This document shows positions 63,211 to 64,000 of a stretch of 64,000 bases of DNA, piece after piece. The notes beneath the pieces are model-generated. The model was not told the DNA's origin, did no database searches, and saw only the letters and a list, made by a program, of their open reading frames with translations. Every line of letters starts with the position of its first letter. The stretch's first letter is position 1. The position numbers and the translations under genes are program-made. The stretch comes from Dicyema japonicum (lineage: Eukaryota > Animalia > Dicyemida): positions 463,000 to 526,999 of the forward strand of contig RDEW01000028.1 of assembly GCA_011109175.1 (NCBI GenBank), given 5' to 3'.

Positions 63211-64000
63211 AACCCTTTTAATTAATTATTAATTAATTTACTTTTTTATTTAAATCCAAGAATCACCGACAAAATAAAAGAGTGGGGGCCGTCAGGTGAT
63301 CCCGGCCTCCTTAAGCAGCCGCCTCATCCTTTCTCGGTGTTCCCCCGAGAGCCGACACACTTCCTGTATGGATGAATCACTTTTTTGAAGTTTTGAAGTT
63401 TCAACTGGCTCAGTGAATACTTCTAACCTTATGGTTATTGCCCCTCAAAATGTAAATTGTATTCAGAATTGATGTTTATGTGATACGTAATTTCAGAAAG
63501 TGGTGATGAACGAAATTAAACAATAAGACATAAATGAAATCGTCATGGGGGTATTTGCCTCTGTTCGAACCTGTTGGCTTATTTAGGAATGATGGAAAAC
63601 TACCATACGAGATGTCTATCTCAGTTTGAAGCCGAGAAGCCTCTGGTCTAAGCCGTCACTTTCAGGGTTCCTTTACCGAAAGCAATACTCAAAAAACGCA
63701 TTCAAAGCCTGGCCGGACGCTATGAAAGCCGAAATGTCGAAAAATGAAATATTCTAACTAACTCGATGGATTGATGTTTACTCATCTCGAAGTGGAGACT
63801 TAGTGTCCATAAAACTCTCGACACTGTGAGTCAGATTTCTCTTCGGGCAATCTGCATGAGCGACACTGTCTATTTAAGCTAGTTTTACTCGCACGAATTT
63901 AGGAAATTTGTTTCAATCACTGACTAACAAATTTTTAACAAATTAATATTTTAGTAAATGTAAGTGCAACATCATTAAATCTCTGGATGTCCAGGAATCC

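Overview
AT-rich eukaryotic nuclear DNA with animal-type genes. Nine host genes can be reconstructed by hand: MGME1, an SLC35A2/A3-type nucleotide-sugar transporter, CPSF2, a MAD2-like HORMA protein, STX17, RNF10, an adhesion GPCR, ZMYND10 and GID8. They are split by about 60 ultra-short spliceosomal introns, mostly 21-27 nt, with almost no donor consensus beyond GT. Together with a motile-cilia gene, this points by inference to a highly reduced metazoan such as a dicyemid mesozoan. At least one intron appears to need a non-AG acceptor (GT..TG in ZMYND10), one likely ends in GG (SLC35A), and one has a GC donor (STX17). The genes form compact islands among nested transposons. These include a near-intact 3.1-kb CRE-clade RT+RLE retrotransposon with an N-terminal PHD finger, polyA tail and TSD, a 5'-inverted copy of it, and many fragments of other CRE subfamilies. 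Also present are APE-type LINEs with (TAA)n tails, a tRNA-derived SINE, hAT elements with 8-bp TSDs, a Mutator-like element with repeat-built TIRs and a Tc1/IS630 relic. Most ORFs in the supplied track are exon pieces, TE fragments or antisense shadows. All calls come from manual reading and remembered family motifs; no searches were run.
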